From an uncultured Acidobacteriota bacterium (GTDB taxonomy: Bacteria; Acidobacteriota; Terriglobia; Bryobacterales; Bryobacteraceae): a DNA stretch of 64,000 nucleotides. A model generated the notes under the pieces. The model was not told where the DNA came from. It did no database searches and saw only the letters and a program-made list of their open reading frames with translations. Location: the NCBI GenBank assembly GCA_963799805.1, contig CAWCYF010000001.1, positions 835,179-899,178 on the forward strand. The letters run 5' to 3'. Of this stretch, positions 1 to 9,406 are shown one piece after another (position 1 is the first letter of the stretch; the number at the start of each line of letters is the position of its first letter). The position numbers were made by a program, and so were the translations under genes.

Positions 1-2
1 TG

Positions 3-173
3 TTTCGGATCACTGAGCGGACGAGGCTGACGCTGCGTTGGGAGATGTTCAACGCATTCAACCGTGCTAATTTCCAAAATCCGAACGCAGTTATCGGAAG
101 CGCGGCTGCCGGTACGGTCAGCTCGACATATCCGTCCAGAAGCATGCAGGTCGCCCTGAAGCTGGCCTTCTGA
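3..173 (+). CDS. TonB-dependent receptor family protein, C-terminal end (gene starts left of the window)
   Basis: Frame 3 is open from the window edge and reads ...FRITERTRLTLRWEMFNAFNRANFQNPNAVIGSAAAGTVSSTYPSRSMQVALKLAF, with stop TGA at 171-173. The terminal Phe and the FNxxN region resemble the last beta-strands of TonB-dependent receptors. Confidence 0.55.
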   Translation, partial: FRITERTRLTLRWEMFNAFNRANFQNPNAVIGSAAAGTVSSTYPSRSMQVALKLAF

Positions 174-1231
174 GTGCCAGCTCGTAGGTCTCAAAAGAGA
201 TATGAATCGTTTGTGTTTGCTCATTGCGGCGGTAGAGAAACCGGCAACCAGGTCCCACAACGCAACTTGAGCCGTGGTCAAACCGTATGTTGATAGGCAC
301 GCTGGAGAGCCCACAGGGGAAGCTTGCGGGTGCGATGCCTTTGTTGACGGGAACTGCTCAGGTCTGACGCTCAAATTCGAGGACAGGGTTCCGGCGACGG
401 TTGCGAATATCACCTAAATAAGGAAACAGGTCTGCGATCCAGCCTGTTGCCATCTAGGTTTAGAGCTAAAGACCGGAAGGGAATCGTCCACCCGCGCCGG
501 AAACTGGCGCTTCGGTGAGAGTCGCACCTGGACTTAGATTCGCTCGGCTGATTCCGACACCCCGTTGAGCCGTGCCGAGCAACACTCGTTAATCAGGACT
601 TACGCGACTTCTTGTCCTTCCGAGCAGAGGATATTTCGAGCTGACCAAGGTGCAAGACGCGCACGACCGCAGGAAGTGCCGGGACTACAACGGTTCGGAG
701 CACTGGGCTTGTGGTAATTGCGATTCGCGATCCAACGGTTTTCCTTCTCAATCCTCATGTCTCTTTGCCGGGGAAAACAGCTACGGGACCGCGTTTAGGC
801 TAACACCCCTTCACGAGATCAACTATCCCTGACGCCGAGCGTGTCGGCGATAATTTTCAATGTTTGGACCGTAACATTGCTCTCGCCGCGCTCGATTTCA
901 CGTCGCCGTGGGGGGAACCGCTGCACGCGGTCTTATCCCTGGGTTGGACTTCAAATAGTGATATCCACGGCGCTCGACAGCCAATATCGATCGTCGGCGG
1001 TGTTTGTCCGATTTTGTCGCTATACCATCAGAGGCAAAGAGCTCAATCGGGCCAGCAAACGCTCGCTGCCCGCTGCGCTGTATTTCGAGAGGAAATGCTA
1101 TGAAGCCATTAGTGGGTTTGGGAACGCTGGATTGGGGAGATTGGCCTACTTGGTGTTCGGCGTCTTATGGTTAACGGCATTCTGAACATAGTGTCGTTCT
1201 TAAGAGCCCGTCAGGCGGGCGAGGAGGATTT

Positions 1232-3055
1232 GTGAGCTTTCCCAAAGGAACCTGGGTTCCACTTCCGTCTAATTGCACTCGAAGCGTCACTTTGACGTAT
1301 GCCCGATGTGCGGAATGGGGAGTTGAGATCGAGCTGCAATGCGTTTCGTACACGTGGAAGTATGTCACCGAGTGCATTTCCTGGGTGTGGAAAGAAACAA
1401 AGAAGTGCAGTTGGTGGAGCTGGCTGTTCTGCGTTCTGTTTGCCATTGTCGCAACTCTGGTTTGCGCGGCCGTGGGCGTCGTGGCGGTCGCGGTGTGTAC
1501 GGCTATTACTGTTGTGGAGTTTTTGATTTGCCTGCTGTGGACGCTGGTCTCGATCATCTTCTGCCTGTCGAGAGCCAATGGCGGAACGGCGTTCCTGTTG
1601 ACGGACGGCACGGTCATGATGCAGGAGTCCATGTCGGAGGATCTGTACTTTTTGGGAATTCCGAGAGCGGCCTGGAGCACGAACCGGTGGTGGAAGTTGA
1701 CGCCGGATTTGACGGGAAGCTATGCCAATGGAACGTGGACCAGGCTCGCGGATTCGAACCTATCCCGGACCTTTTATGCGTCGGCCGTGCTGGCCGACGG
1801 CAGGGTGGTGGTTTGCGGAGGCGAGTACTCCGACGCCTCCGGCCCAGTGGAAGAGGATATGAACAATACGTGCGAGATCTACGATCCGGTGGCGAACACC
1901 TGGACCACGTTCGCCTCGCCTACTAAACCCGGCGCCACGGGAAAGGTGTGGAGCGAAATTGGAGACGCGCCTTGCACGCTGTTGCCGCGTGGAGAACTCC
2001 TGCTGGGTTCAGATGCTGACGGAAATATCGCGAAGCTGGATCCTACGACCCTGACCTGGACTGCCATGAGCCCGCGTCAGCGGGTTGGAAGCAGCGATGA
2101 GGATTCGTGGGTTTTGATGCCTGACAATACGATTGTCGCGCCGAGCTGCCAGGACTCTCCGACGACCTGGGTCTACGATATCGCTGGGGATTCGTGGACG
2201 GCGGGGAATCACCTGCTGAACAACATCGTCGATACGAATACCGACGAGATCGGGCCGGGGTTGCTGCGGTATGACGGCACGGCGTTCTTCCTCGGCGCGA
2301 ACCAGCATACGGCGATTTATTCGGCGAACACCAACCCCAACTGGTCGAACGGGCCCGATATTCCGACGCAGACCGTCAACGGGATTGCCACAAATCTCGG
2401 AATCCAAGACGGACCAGCGGCGATCCTCCCGAACGGAAACATATTGTTTGGAGCGGGCGTCAAGACAGGAGATCCTACGGACCCGGAGAGCTCTCCCTCC
2501 TGGTTTTTCGAGTATGACGGAACGGCATTCAACCGCACGAACGATCCGCCGAACAACGATACCTACACGTACACCACGCGGCTTTTGCTGCTGCCGACCG
2601 GCGACATTCTCTTCTGCCGGGAAGATGATTCGTCGTTCTACGCCTATCACTCCGACGCGGCCGTCCCCCAGGACAGCTTCCGGCCGGTGATTCAGACGTG
2701 TCCGGCGAATTTCAACCCGGGCGACACGATTCAAGTTTCCGGCATGCAGTTCAACGGCCTGTCGCAGGCAGTGGCCTATGGCGACGACTGCGAAACGGCG
2801 ACGAATTACCCGCTGGTGAGAATCGTGAACAAGCAAACCAATCACGTCTGGTACTGCCGGACGTCCGGCCATACGACGGTCGACAGCAACGGGAACACGG
2901 TGACATCGATGGGCGTGGCAACGGGAAACGCTGTAGTGACCTCGAACATCCTGATTCCGACTTCGATCGAGACCGGCGACTCTTCCCTCTTCGTGGTGGC
3001 CAACGGGATTGCGTCGCTGCCGTTTGACGTGACCGTAAACCAGACCATTTTTTGA
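1232..3055 (+). CDS. membrane-anchored Kelch/galactose-oxidase-like beta-propeller protein with C-terminal E-set (Ig-like) domain and a Cys/Trp-rich N-terminal module
   Basis: 607-aa ORF with a GTG start just downstream of GAGGAGG. Kelch-like blades are present (ASAVLADGRVVVCGGEYS, YDGTAFFLGAN, LPNGNILFGAG, LPTGDILFC). The last ~100 aa resemble the Ig-like domain 3 of galactose/glyoxal oxidases. Residues 64-113 are continuously hydrophobic. Confidence 0.85.
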   Translation: MSFPKGTWVPLPSNCTRSVTLTYARCAEWGVEIELQCVSYTWKYVTECISWVWKETKKCSWWSWLFCVLFAIVATLVCAAVGVVAVAVCTAITVVEFLICLLWTLVSIIFCLSRANGGTAFLLTDGTVMMQESMSEDLYFLGIPRAAWSTNRWWKLTPDLTGSYANGTWTRLADSNLSRTFYASAVLADGRVVVCGGEYSDASGPVEEDMNNTCEIYDPVANTWTTFASPTKPGATGKVWSEIGDAPCTLLPRGELLLGSDADGNIAKLDPTTLTWTAMSPRQRVGSSDEDSWVLMPDNTIVAPSCQDSPTTWVYDIAGDSWTAGNHLLNNIVDTNTDEIGPGLLRYDGTAFFLGANQHTAIYSANTNPNWSNGPDIPTQTVNGIATNLGIQDGPAAILPNGNILFGAGVKTGDPTDPESSPSWFFEYDGTAFNRTNDPPNNDTYTYTTRLLLLPTGDILFCREDDSSFYAYHSDAAVPQDSFRPVIQTCPANFNPGDTIQVSGMQFNGLSQAVAYGDDCETATNYPLVRIVNKQTNHVWYCRTSGHTTVDSNGNTVTSMGVATGNAVVTSNILIPTSIETGDSSLFVVANGIASLPFDVTVNQTIF

Positions 3056-3956
3056 GCAGGACCGGTCATCTGATGAGCATCGGCACGAGGCGAAAAGGAA
3101 GAGCCCGATGGAGGCGATTCGGGCGCCACGGAAATTCTCCGGGAACGGCGGACACGTGCGGCTGCGCGATGGGGGCGCGATTTGTCCAGACAGTCATGAT
3201 CGGATCGATCGCCTGGTACTCGCTGCACTGGAGATCCTCCGGGCTCTCCTGGGCGTCAATGGCGCTGCGGGTCCTGGGATGGTCGTTCCTGGGTGGGACG
3301 GCGGGGAAGATCGTCGGGATTGCCTTGGCCAGAGTTCGCGCGCGAAGAAACAGGCTCGTTTGGCAGGGGACTATTTCCGCAGATTGAGAATCTCGCCGGT
3401 TCGGCGGGCGGCTCGATACGCTCCGGCGCCGGGCTTGGCGCCCATCTCGCGGGTTTTCGCGTATATCTCGCCCCCCTCGACGCACGGGAGCTAGATTAAA
3501 TCCAACTGATCCAAATGTCTTCATACGAAAGGTGGCTACCTGTAGTTGGCGCCATCAGCTTTCTCTCGTACGCTAGATGCCCCAATTCCTGTATACATTT
3601 CCAGATGATTCCGTTCTCCTCGTACTGTCGCGGAGAGTCGTTGTCCAGACTTCGGTGAGTCCTCTCCGGTACCCTTCCGCCTGAGATCTCCGTTTCTCTG
3701 GAGAGAGCCGTCGCACTGTTAACGAGTTTCGCGTCTCGGTTTACTTTTTGAACTCCCTGCGTATGCAGCGGAGGTTGCTTCGTATCTTTCAGCAGTGACA
3801 TCGGAACGACCGCGACGCAAACTTTCGTTGTAGTGCCAATCCACAGCGAGGTGAATCGTCTTGAATTCCGACTGAAGATTTGCGATCCATCGCCAGAACG
3901 CGGTTGAGGTATCAGGCGCTTTTATATAAGGTTCGATAACGCGGTACCCAATCGCA

Positions 3957-4742
3957 TCAGCGCCCCCGCGCGACATGCAGTGGAAACGGCGTCCGCGCGA
4001 TAAAGGCATTGACCGCCTCGAGCAGGTCTGTGCTCCTGTCGCGCACGACGAACACCGATTCCTCGCACTGGCCGGCATTCAAGTCGTGGTGATCGATCAG
4101 TGCGACGTCCGGCCCGTACGATGGAATGACGCGGCCGTCGAGGGTAAAGTACTCGGCTTCCGCTATGGCGTCAAGCTGGCCCAACCTAAACCGCTCGTAG
4201 AGTTCTGGAAAAGTCACGGTCGAGACGATCTCCACGGCCGATGGCGCGCGGCGAAGCAGGTCACGCTCGGCGGCCATTCCCTTGACTACGCCTATCTTCT
4301 TGCCGGCAAAGTCGGCAATGGTGCGGTACCGCGACCGATCGGCCGCCCGGATCCGCAGCGCGCGCTGCTCGTAGAGAAAAGGCGCCGAGAACGTGCCGCC
4401 GGGGCTGACGCGGTCGGGAAAGTTGGCGAGGTTCGTAGCGACGACATCCACGACGTCCTTGCCCGCCAGCTCCCACGACTTGTCGAATGGCACAACATGC
4501 CACTCCACGTGAAGACCTAGAGCGCGCCCGAGGCGCTCCGCGTAGTGATACATCCAGTTCTCGGGGTCGAGCGGGTCGGTAACCTTTGTGCTTGTCACGG
4601 CGATCTTCACGACACCGGCCTTAAGCGTCCGGACCACCGGCCGTTTGGGAGTCGCGTTGCACCCCGCGAAAACGGTGAGCAACACGATGAGCATGGTATG
4701 CTGCCGCCCCGCGTTGATCCTAGGAGCGGGAGTTGTAGGCAT
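3957..4742 (-). CDS. solute-binding protein family 3 (amino-acid ABC-type substrate-binding lipoprotein-like), no transporter partners nearby
   Basis: 261-aa ORF with a lipoprotein-like signal (LLTVFAGC). The fold-wide pattern is typical of SBP_bac_3 proteins (KIAVTS..., FSAPFLYEQRAL, KKIGVVKGMAAE, LDAIAEAEY). Confidence 0.7.
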   Translation of the reverse strand: MPTTPAPRINAGRQHTMLIVLLTVFAGCNATPKRPVVRTLKAGVVKIAVTSTKVTDPLDPENWMYHYAERLGRALGLHVEWHVVPFDKSWELAGKDVVDVVATNLANFPDRVSPGGTFSAPFLYEQRALRIRAADRSRYRTIADFAGKKIGVVKGMAAERDLLRRAPSAVEIVSTVTFPELYERFRLGQLDAIAEAEYFTLDGRVIPSYGPDVALIDHHDLNAGQCEESVFVVRDRSTDLLEAVNAFIARTPFPLHVARGR

Positions 4743-4922
4743 TAGGCAGTCTCGAGTGTTTCAGGCCTCACCGTTGAAGGATGGTACGCCGCCGCACGAT
4801 TGCAGTCGCAGCGAGAAGCACATCCCGGGTTGGGTTGCGAATCCCCCGACGGTTGCTTGAATGGGGAGATCGCCCGGGCCGAGATCCTTCGGCACCACAA
4901 AATTGATCTGGCACTAGGAGCG

Positions 4923-5714
4923 TTAGTTCTTTGTCATCGTCAGACCGGTTACCATGACATCCGTATTGTGCGCGAAGCGCAGGCCATACGTCCCGTCAGT
5001 TGATTTCAGCTTGCCGCCGGTTACCAGCAGCGCTTTGTCATAGCTGGCCACTACTGTCCCGTTGATGGAGCATTCCACCCTGCTGCCCTTTACCGAGAGC
5101 GCCACATCTTGACTGACGGGCTGGCCCTTTCCCGCAGCCTTGTGAACGGCGTCATTGGCTTCGCCGAGAAAGCCATCCATTTTGAACGGCGCCGGGCCGA
5201 ATCCGCGCACGATGAACTTGCCATTTCCATAGGCCGCACAGTAGAGGTCCGACTGGCCTGGCGTTCCCATGTCATTGCCGCCGATGAACACCCCGTAAGG
5301 GTGCGGATGAGTGTTGAGATTCATGTATTTCGGCTCATGGAATGTGGCCTTCACTGTGTAGTCCCCGGAGGCGTTTGCGCCATTCATCCAGTAAGTCGCT
5401 GCGGGACCTGTGGTGACGTGGAGGGAGTCACCCTCCTGCGAGAGTTTCGCATCTCTGATACTCATGCCCGCTCTTTTTTCTGCGGCATCCACGTCGCCGT
5501 TCCAACCCTCAATCTCGACGCCGCCGTCACTGACGGCGCGCGAGCCATCCGCGGTGCGGCTCCCGGGAAAGCCGACGAAGGGGCCCTTGAGGTAGAACAG
5601 TGCGGCGAGCAACGCCACAACCGCAAATAAGGAACCGAGAACGATCAGGACGATCTTTTTTATCATTTGTGTTGAGCCAAAAATATCCGCATCAGGAGAT
5701 TCTATCTTCACCAC
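4923..5714 (-). CDS. membrane-anchored hypothetical protein, LamG/concanavalin-like (DUF1080-like) domain
   Basis: 263-aa ORF with an N-terminal TM helix (IVLIVLGSLFAVVALLAALF) followed by a beta-rich domain. An alternative start at the internal MIKK (about 5666) is possible. Confidence 0.6.
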   Translation of the reverse strand: MVKIESPDADIFGSTQMIKKIVLIVLGSLFAVVALLAALFYLKGPFVGFPGSRTADGSRAVSDGGVEIEGWNGDVDAAEKRAGMSIRDAKLSQEGDSLHVTTGPAATYWMNGANASGDYTVKATFHEPKYMNLNTHPHPYGVFIGGNDMGTPGQSDLYCAAYGNGKFIVRGFGPAPFKMDGFLGEANDAVHKAAGKGQPVSQDVALSVKGSRVECSINGTVVASYDKALLVTGGKLKSTDGTYGLRFAHNTDVMVTGLTMTKN

Positions 5715-5813
5715 AGTTTAATCCGTTTTGGCCTTCTGCGACCAAACGAGTTCCGTGACGGCCCAATCTGCTCGACTATGCCGAAGGAGACCGCATATCC
5801 TGAAGAGAAACCC

Positions 5814-6518
5814 TCAAACATTAAGGCCGAATCGAGTCAGCATTTCGCGTCGCCCAAGACTCGTGATGGCCAAGGCCCTACTGTCGAGATCCTGGTTCAC
5901 CCATTTTCTTTTCAGCGCGACTTTCAGAATGGCTGCCCCCAGCGAACCCCCGACGTGAGGCCGCCGCTCGCTCCAATCCAGGCAGGCGTAAGCGAACCGC
6001 CGGCGTAAAGTCCGAGTTACCTTCAGGTCGATGCCAAGTACCTCAAACGCCTTCGTGCCATCTCGAGTCAGCTCGTATGCATCGGCAGTGCCCGTCAAAT
6101 CAGCTGACAGCCACCCCAGCTGTGTGAAGCGGTCGTGGAGCGATACGCCAAGTTTGCCCGCCATGTGATCGTAGCAACTCCGCGCGGCAAGCAGCCGGCT
6201 GGGCGTGTTCGGCACGAACTGGTCGCGGGACCCACCGGCCAGGACGCTCAGCCCTTCCAGCGCACTGGCTACGCTGGGTCCTCCCAAGCTGTAGTAGCGA
6301 TGCTTCCCCTGGACGTGCACGTTGACCAGGTGTGCCGTCTTTAGTCGATTCAGGTGTACACTCGCGGTTGACGGACTCACATCAGCCACTATGGCAAGCT
6401 CGGTGCTGGTTCGTGCATGACCGTCCACCAGGGAGAAAAGCATGCGAGCTCGCGCTGGCTCGCCGATTGCCGCCGCAATTCTCGAGACGGCCTCGTCGGC
6501 ATGGTTGCTGTCATTCAT
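5814..6518 (-). CDS. ArsR-family transcriptional regulator with C-terminal extension
   Basis: N-terminal winged HTH (EPARARMLFSLVDGHARTSTELAIVADVSPSTASVHLNRLKTAHLV) is typical of ArsR/SmtB. The gene is divergent from the carbonic anhydrase gene. Confidence 0.8.
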   Translation of the reverse strand: MNDSNHADEAVSRIAAAIGEPARARMLFSLVDGHARTSTELAIVADVSPSTASVHLNRLKTAHLVNVHVQGKHRYYSLGGPSVASALEGLSVLAGGSRDQFVPNTPSRLLAARSCYDHMAGKLGVSLHDRFTQLGWLSADLTGTADAYELTRDGTKAFEVLGIDLKVTRTLRRRFAYACLDWSERRPHVGGSLGAAILKVALKRKWVNQDLDSRALAITSLGRREMLTRFGLNV

Positions 6519-6539
6519 ACTTTGATGGTAGACGAAGTA

Positions 6540-6611
6540 TTGCCGTGCGGCAAACGGTATATTTCCAGACGTGAGTACGAACGAGTTCTCAGCCGGGCAA
6601 ATAGATTGCCC
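6540..6611. promoter_or_regulatory. two short inverted repeats sharing a TTGCC/GGCAA core in the ArsR / carbonic-anhydrase divergent intergenic region (candidate operators)
   Basis: TTGCCG-tg-CGGCAA lies at 6540-6553 and GGGCAA-ataga-TTGCCC at 6595-6611. Both sit between the divergent starts at 6518 and 6648. Confidence 0.25.
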
Positions 6612-6647
6612 GAGGCTAAAGCGAGGTGCAACTTGCGTAAAGATTGG

Positions 6648-7403
6648 ATGACATTTGTATTGCTAGTTGTCACGGCATTTTTGGTGCCTATCGGTTCACG
6701 AGCGCAGTGGAAGACGCAATGGAGTTACGAAGGGACAGCCGGGGCCGAACATTGGAGTGCTCTGGATCCGGACTACGCTTCCTGTAACGCAGGCAAAGAA
6801 CAGTCTCCGATCGACATTCGAAATGCGGAAAAAGCTGAGCTCCCTGCCATACGATTCGAATACAAGAGCGGCCCCCTTAAATATCTAATTAACAACGGCC
6901 ACACGATCCGAGTGAATTACCACGACGCGCCGGGAACGGGAAGCTTTCTGGTCGTGGGAGGCAAGCGCTACCAACTAACGCAATTCCATTTCCACCGTCC
7001 CAGCGAGGAGTACATTAACGGTAAGCCGTACGATATGGTAGTCCACTTGATGCACATAGCCAGCGACGGCAACATTGCCGGGGTCGCAGTTCTTCTGAAA
7101 GCAGGCAGCGCCAACGCCACCATTCAGCGGATTTGGGACCATATGCCAAAGACCGAGGGCCAAGAGGAGGAGGTTGCCGGAGTCGAGGTTAACCCCGCCG
7201 GTCTGCTTCCTAACGAGACTGGCTATTACCTGTACCCGGGGTCGTTAACGGCGCCGCCATGCACTGAAGGCGTCACGTGGTTTGTGCTGAAGACTCCGGT
7301 TGATATCTCCGTAGGGGAGATCAACGCGTTCGCCAAGCTTTACCCGCACGATGTCCGTCCCATTCAGCCACTCAACGGGCGCATCGTCAAAGAGAGTCAG
7401 TGA
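6648..7403 (+). CDS. alpha-type carbonic anhydrase, secreted
   Basis: Motifs WSYEG..HW, QSPIDI, NNGHTIRV, LTQFHFHRPSEEYINGKPYDMVVHLMH and GSLTAPPCTEGVTWFVL are present. A signal peptide starts at the internal ATG 6648 (MTFVLLVVTAFLVPIGSRAQ); the track ORF begins upstream at 6417. Confidence 0.9.
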   Translation: MTFVLLVVTAFLVPIGSRAQWKTQWSYEGTAGAEHWSALDPDYASCNAGKEQSPIDIRNAEKAELPAIRFEYKSGPLKYLINNGHTIRVNYHDAPGTGSFLVVGGKRYQLTQFHFHRPSEEYINGKPYDMVVHLMHIASDGNIAGVAVLLKAGSANATIQRIWDHMPKTEGQEEEVAGVEVNPAGLLPNETGYYLYPGSLTAPPCTEGVTWFVLKTPVDISVGEINAFAKLYPHDVRPIQPLNGRIVKESQ

Positions 7404-7771
7404 CACGAAAATTCTCAATCACAACGCGCCACATGGAGCATTTTCGGGGGATGCCGACGCCGTCCTAGCCTATCTCCGCGATCGGTGAGAGCAAACTCTC
7501 ACAGTGCATCCGATACGGTAGGCGGCCGAAATGAAGATGAAAAGCCAAACAAAAATTTGAGAGGCTCGAAAATGAGAGAACAGCGACGAGGACGCGCCGG
7601 TGACATGGCCGACATCGGTTCCACACCAAAAGCTACGCGGCGTTTGCTGTAGGAGTCGTGGGACTTTGGCTTCAATCGGCGCTTTTTGAAGAAGTCACAG
7701 CGTTTCGCGCCCGCTGATCCGCGCTGGAGGCCCGCCCAGGACGTGAAGGCCTGTCGCCTGCTTTGGGATAA

Positions 7772-8125
7772 TCACTCCGGTGCCGCGCCCGACGCGGCTT
7801 GATGAAAAGCCTTGTGAGAGCGATTCATCGCTCGGGCTACACACTGCCCGCCGTGCAAGGAAATGGGAACCACCGACGACGGAAAAGTCTTGGCCGCTCC
7901 TTGATCGGCGTTGTTGCTCGGCGCATTGACCGCTCCAGCTACCAGCGTCGTCAAGACCGCAGCGTTGCGGCCGTTCAGCGGCAGATCGACCATACGCGCC
8001 GAGTAAACCACCTGCTTCAGGGTAGAACTGGAGGCGTCGACCTGAGTCGCCGCCGCCTCACGGTGACGCTCTCAGTGGTCGCCCCAATCTCCAGTTTGAT
8101 GTTGATGTATCGCCAGCCTCCAGGA
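7772..8125 (-). pseudogene. TonB-dependent receptor fragment (internal N-terminal piece only)
   Basis: Two minus-strand frames read ...YINIKLEIGATTESVTV / EAAATQVDASSSTLKQVVYSARMVDLPLNGRNAAVLTTLVAGAVNAPSNNADQGAAKTFPSSVVPISLHGGQ with one frame switch near 8052. No upstream or downstream continuation of the receptor was found. Confidence 0.5.
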
Positions 8126-9224
8126 AAAGGTGGTGAGCATCAAATCGAGAGGCTTTTTTGTTTTGATGGCTGGCTTGGTAATGCGCCTTCAGTATGTCCC
8201 CGCCCCAATCGCCATTTAAATCGCGCCACACCGAGTGGATGTGGTTGGCATTGTCCTGCGTCATATCGAATTCGATCAGGAACGCCGCCGTCTGCACCCG
8301 GTAATAATGCGGATCGCCTGGTTGGGTGCCGCCTGACCAGGCAAACCACGCGTCGCGCCCCGCCGTGTTGATTTGGTCCATACGCCGCTCCGCCATTTCC
8401 TCCGGCAGATTGCGCGCGTAGAGCTCCGCGAGCGCGCGCAGCGCATCGAACTGCCGGGTGCTCATCTTGGATGCCGCTAAGCCTGATGGCTGCCCTTTCA
8501 ATGCCGCGATGCGCGTGTTCGAAGTGAGGATGTCGTCATAGGCTTTGGAATCGACAATCGCTGCCTTCTGCAGCGGCTCATCGAGTGTATGGAGCACCTC
8601 GAAGCCGATATCGTCTTCGTGTGCCAGCACACGCAGCCCCTGGCGCGGCCCCTGCTTCACTTCCGCCGGGTTGGAGCCGAAGAAGCTCGGCGCATCCACC
8701 ACTTGCCCGTTCGTTATGGTGTAGTTCTGGCTGACGTGGTGTCCCTCTACGCGGTATCCCCACGTACCCGTGTCGGAGGGTGTGCCGAAAATCGAGAAGT
8801 GATAGTTCTCCGGGTCGCGCCGCGGGCCGCTACCGTTCTCCATAACTTTAAGCACCTCTTCCAGGCTCATGATGGTGACGGCTTTGATGTAGCCCGCCTG
8901 GCTCAATCCGGCCGCGAGCAGCGCGCTCGCCAGGTGTCTCTGATAGGGACTCATTTCGAACCACGTCAGCCCCTTGCGTTCTACCGGAGTGTAGAACCAG
9001 CGCATGCGCTCTTCATTCCCGAACGGGATCACCATCTTGGCCTTCTGTTCCGGCCCTAGCGCGGCCAGCAGCCGGTTGGCAGTCTCGCTCATAACCGAGA
9101 CTGTGTGGACATGGTGGTGGAGATCCTTGGCGGTTTGCGCGTGGCCCTTCTTTCCGGCGATCAGACCGCCTCCGAGCAGGCTGGCGGATGAAGTCAGAAA
9201 CGAACGCCGTTTAATTTGGCACAT
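8058..9224 (-). CDS. DUF3500 domain-containing protein with Tat-type signal
   Basis: 388-aa ORF with N-terminal RRSFLTSSASLLGGGLIAG. The body resembles DUF3500 (YHFSIFGTPSDTGTWGYRVEGHHVSQNY). The 3' end reads into the TBDR fragment, so the true stop may be disturbed. Confidence 0.75.
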   Translation of the reverse strand: MCQIKRRSFLTSSASLLGGGLIAGKKGHAQTAKDLHHHVHTVSVMSETANRLLAALGPEQKAKMVIPFGNEERMRWFYTPVERKGLTWFEMSPYQRHLASALLAAGLSQAGYIKAVTIMSLEEVLKVMENGSGPRRDPENYHFSIFGTPSDTGTWGYRVEGHHVSQNYTITNGQVVDAPSFFGSNPAEVKQGPRQGLRVLAHEDDIGFEVLHTLDEPLQKAAIVDSKAYDDILTSNTRIAALKGQPSGLAASKMSTRQFDALRALAELYARNLPEEMAERRMDQINTAGRDAWFAWSGGTQPGDPHYYRVQTAAFLIEFDMTQDNANHIHSVWRDLNGDWGGDILKAHYQASHQNKKASRFDAHHLFLEAGDTSTSNWRLGRPLRASP

Positions 9225-9277
9225 ATTCCCTCCCTAGGTCCGTCGGCACGGCGTGGGCGCGTCGGCGTGGACCGACA

Positions 9278-9406
9278 ATCAAATACTAGTATGAAGGGAA
9301 GGTCAAGGGCAGGGCTGAAACTCTTCGCTGGAACCGCTGTTTCTAGGATCTAAATTGGATCCTCGGAACGCATGAAGAAAAGCCGCCACCCCCGCCAGTT
9401 CGCCCG
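9278..9406. repeat. copy A of a diverged ~130-bp direct repeat (3' end of gene 9303..10136 plus downstream sequence); partner at 23291..23420
   Basis: Hand alignment finds shared blocks atcaaata, agtatgaagg, ggtcaa, gaaccgctgtttc, ggatctaaatt, ggaacgca, aagccgcca and ccagtt in the same order and orientation in both copies. Confidence 0.6.

Noticed and set aside
2009-2872. Long antisense ORFs opposite well-supported genes. Examples: 2009..2872(-), 13100..13729(-), 31480..32571(-), 38219..39409(+), 42123..42887(-), 51796..52464(-), 55985..56641(-).
   Set aside because: Their Arg/Pro/Gly/Ala-rich, motif-free translations are typical of shadow ORFs in high-GC DNA. Each lies fully inside a gene with clear family motifs on the other strand.
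3719-3976. 85-codon ORF in the visibly AT-richer stretch downstream of the solute-binding protein gene (…IGYRVIEPYIKAPDTSTAFWRWIANLQSEFKTIHLAVDWHYNESL…)
   Set aside because: No recognisable family, no ribosome-binding site, and its start overlaps the preceding gene end. It could be a real small gene or a remnant, but I cannot support it.
7486-7503. Hairpin GTGAGAG-caaa-CTCTCAC downstream of the carbonic anhydrase gene as an intrinsic terminator
   Set aside because: It lies ~85 nt after the stop and is not followed by a T-tract. It cannot be called a terminator with confidence.
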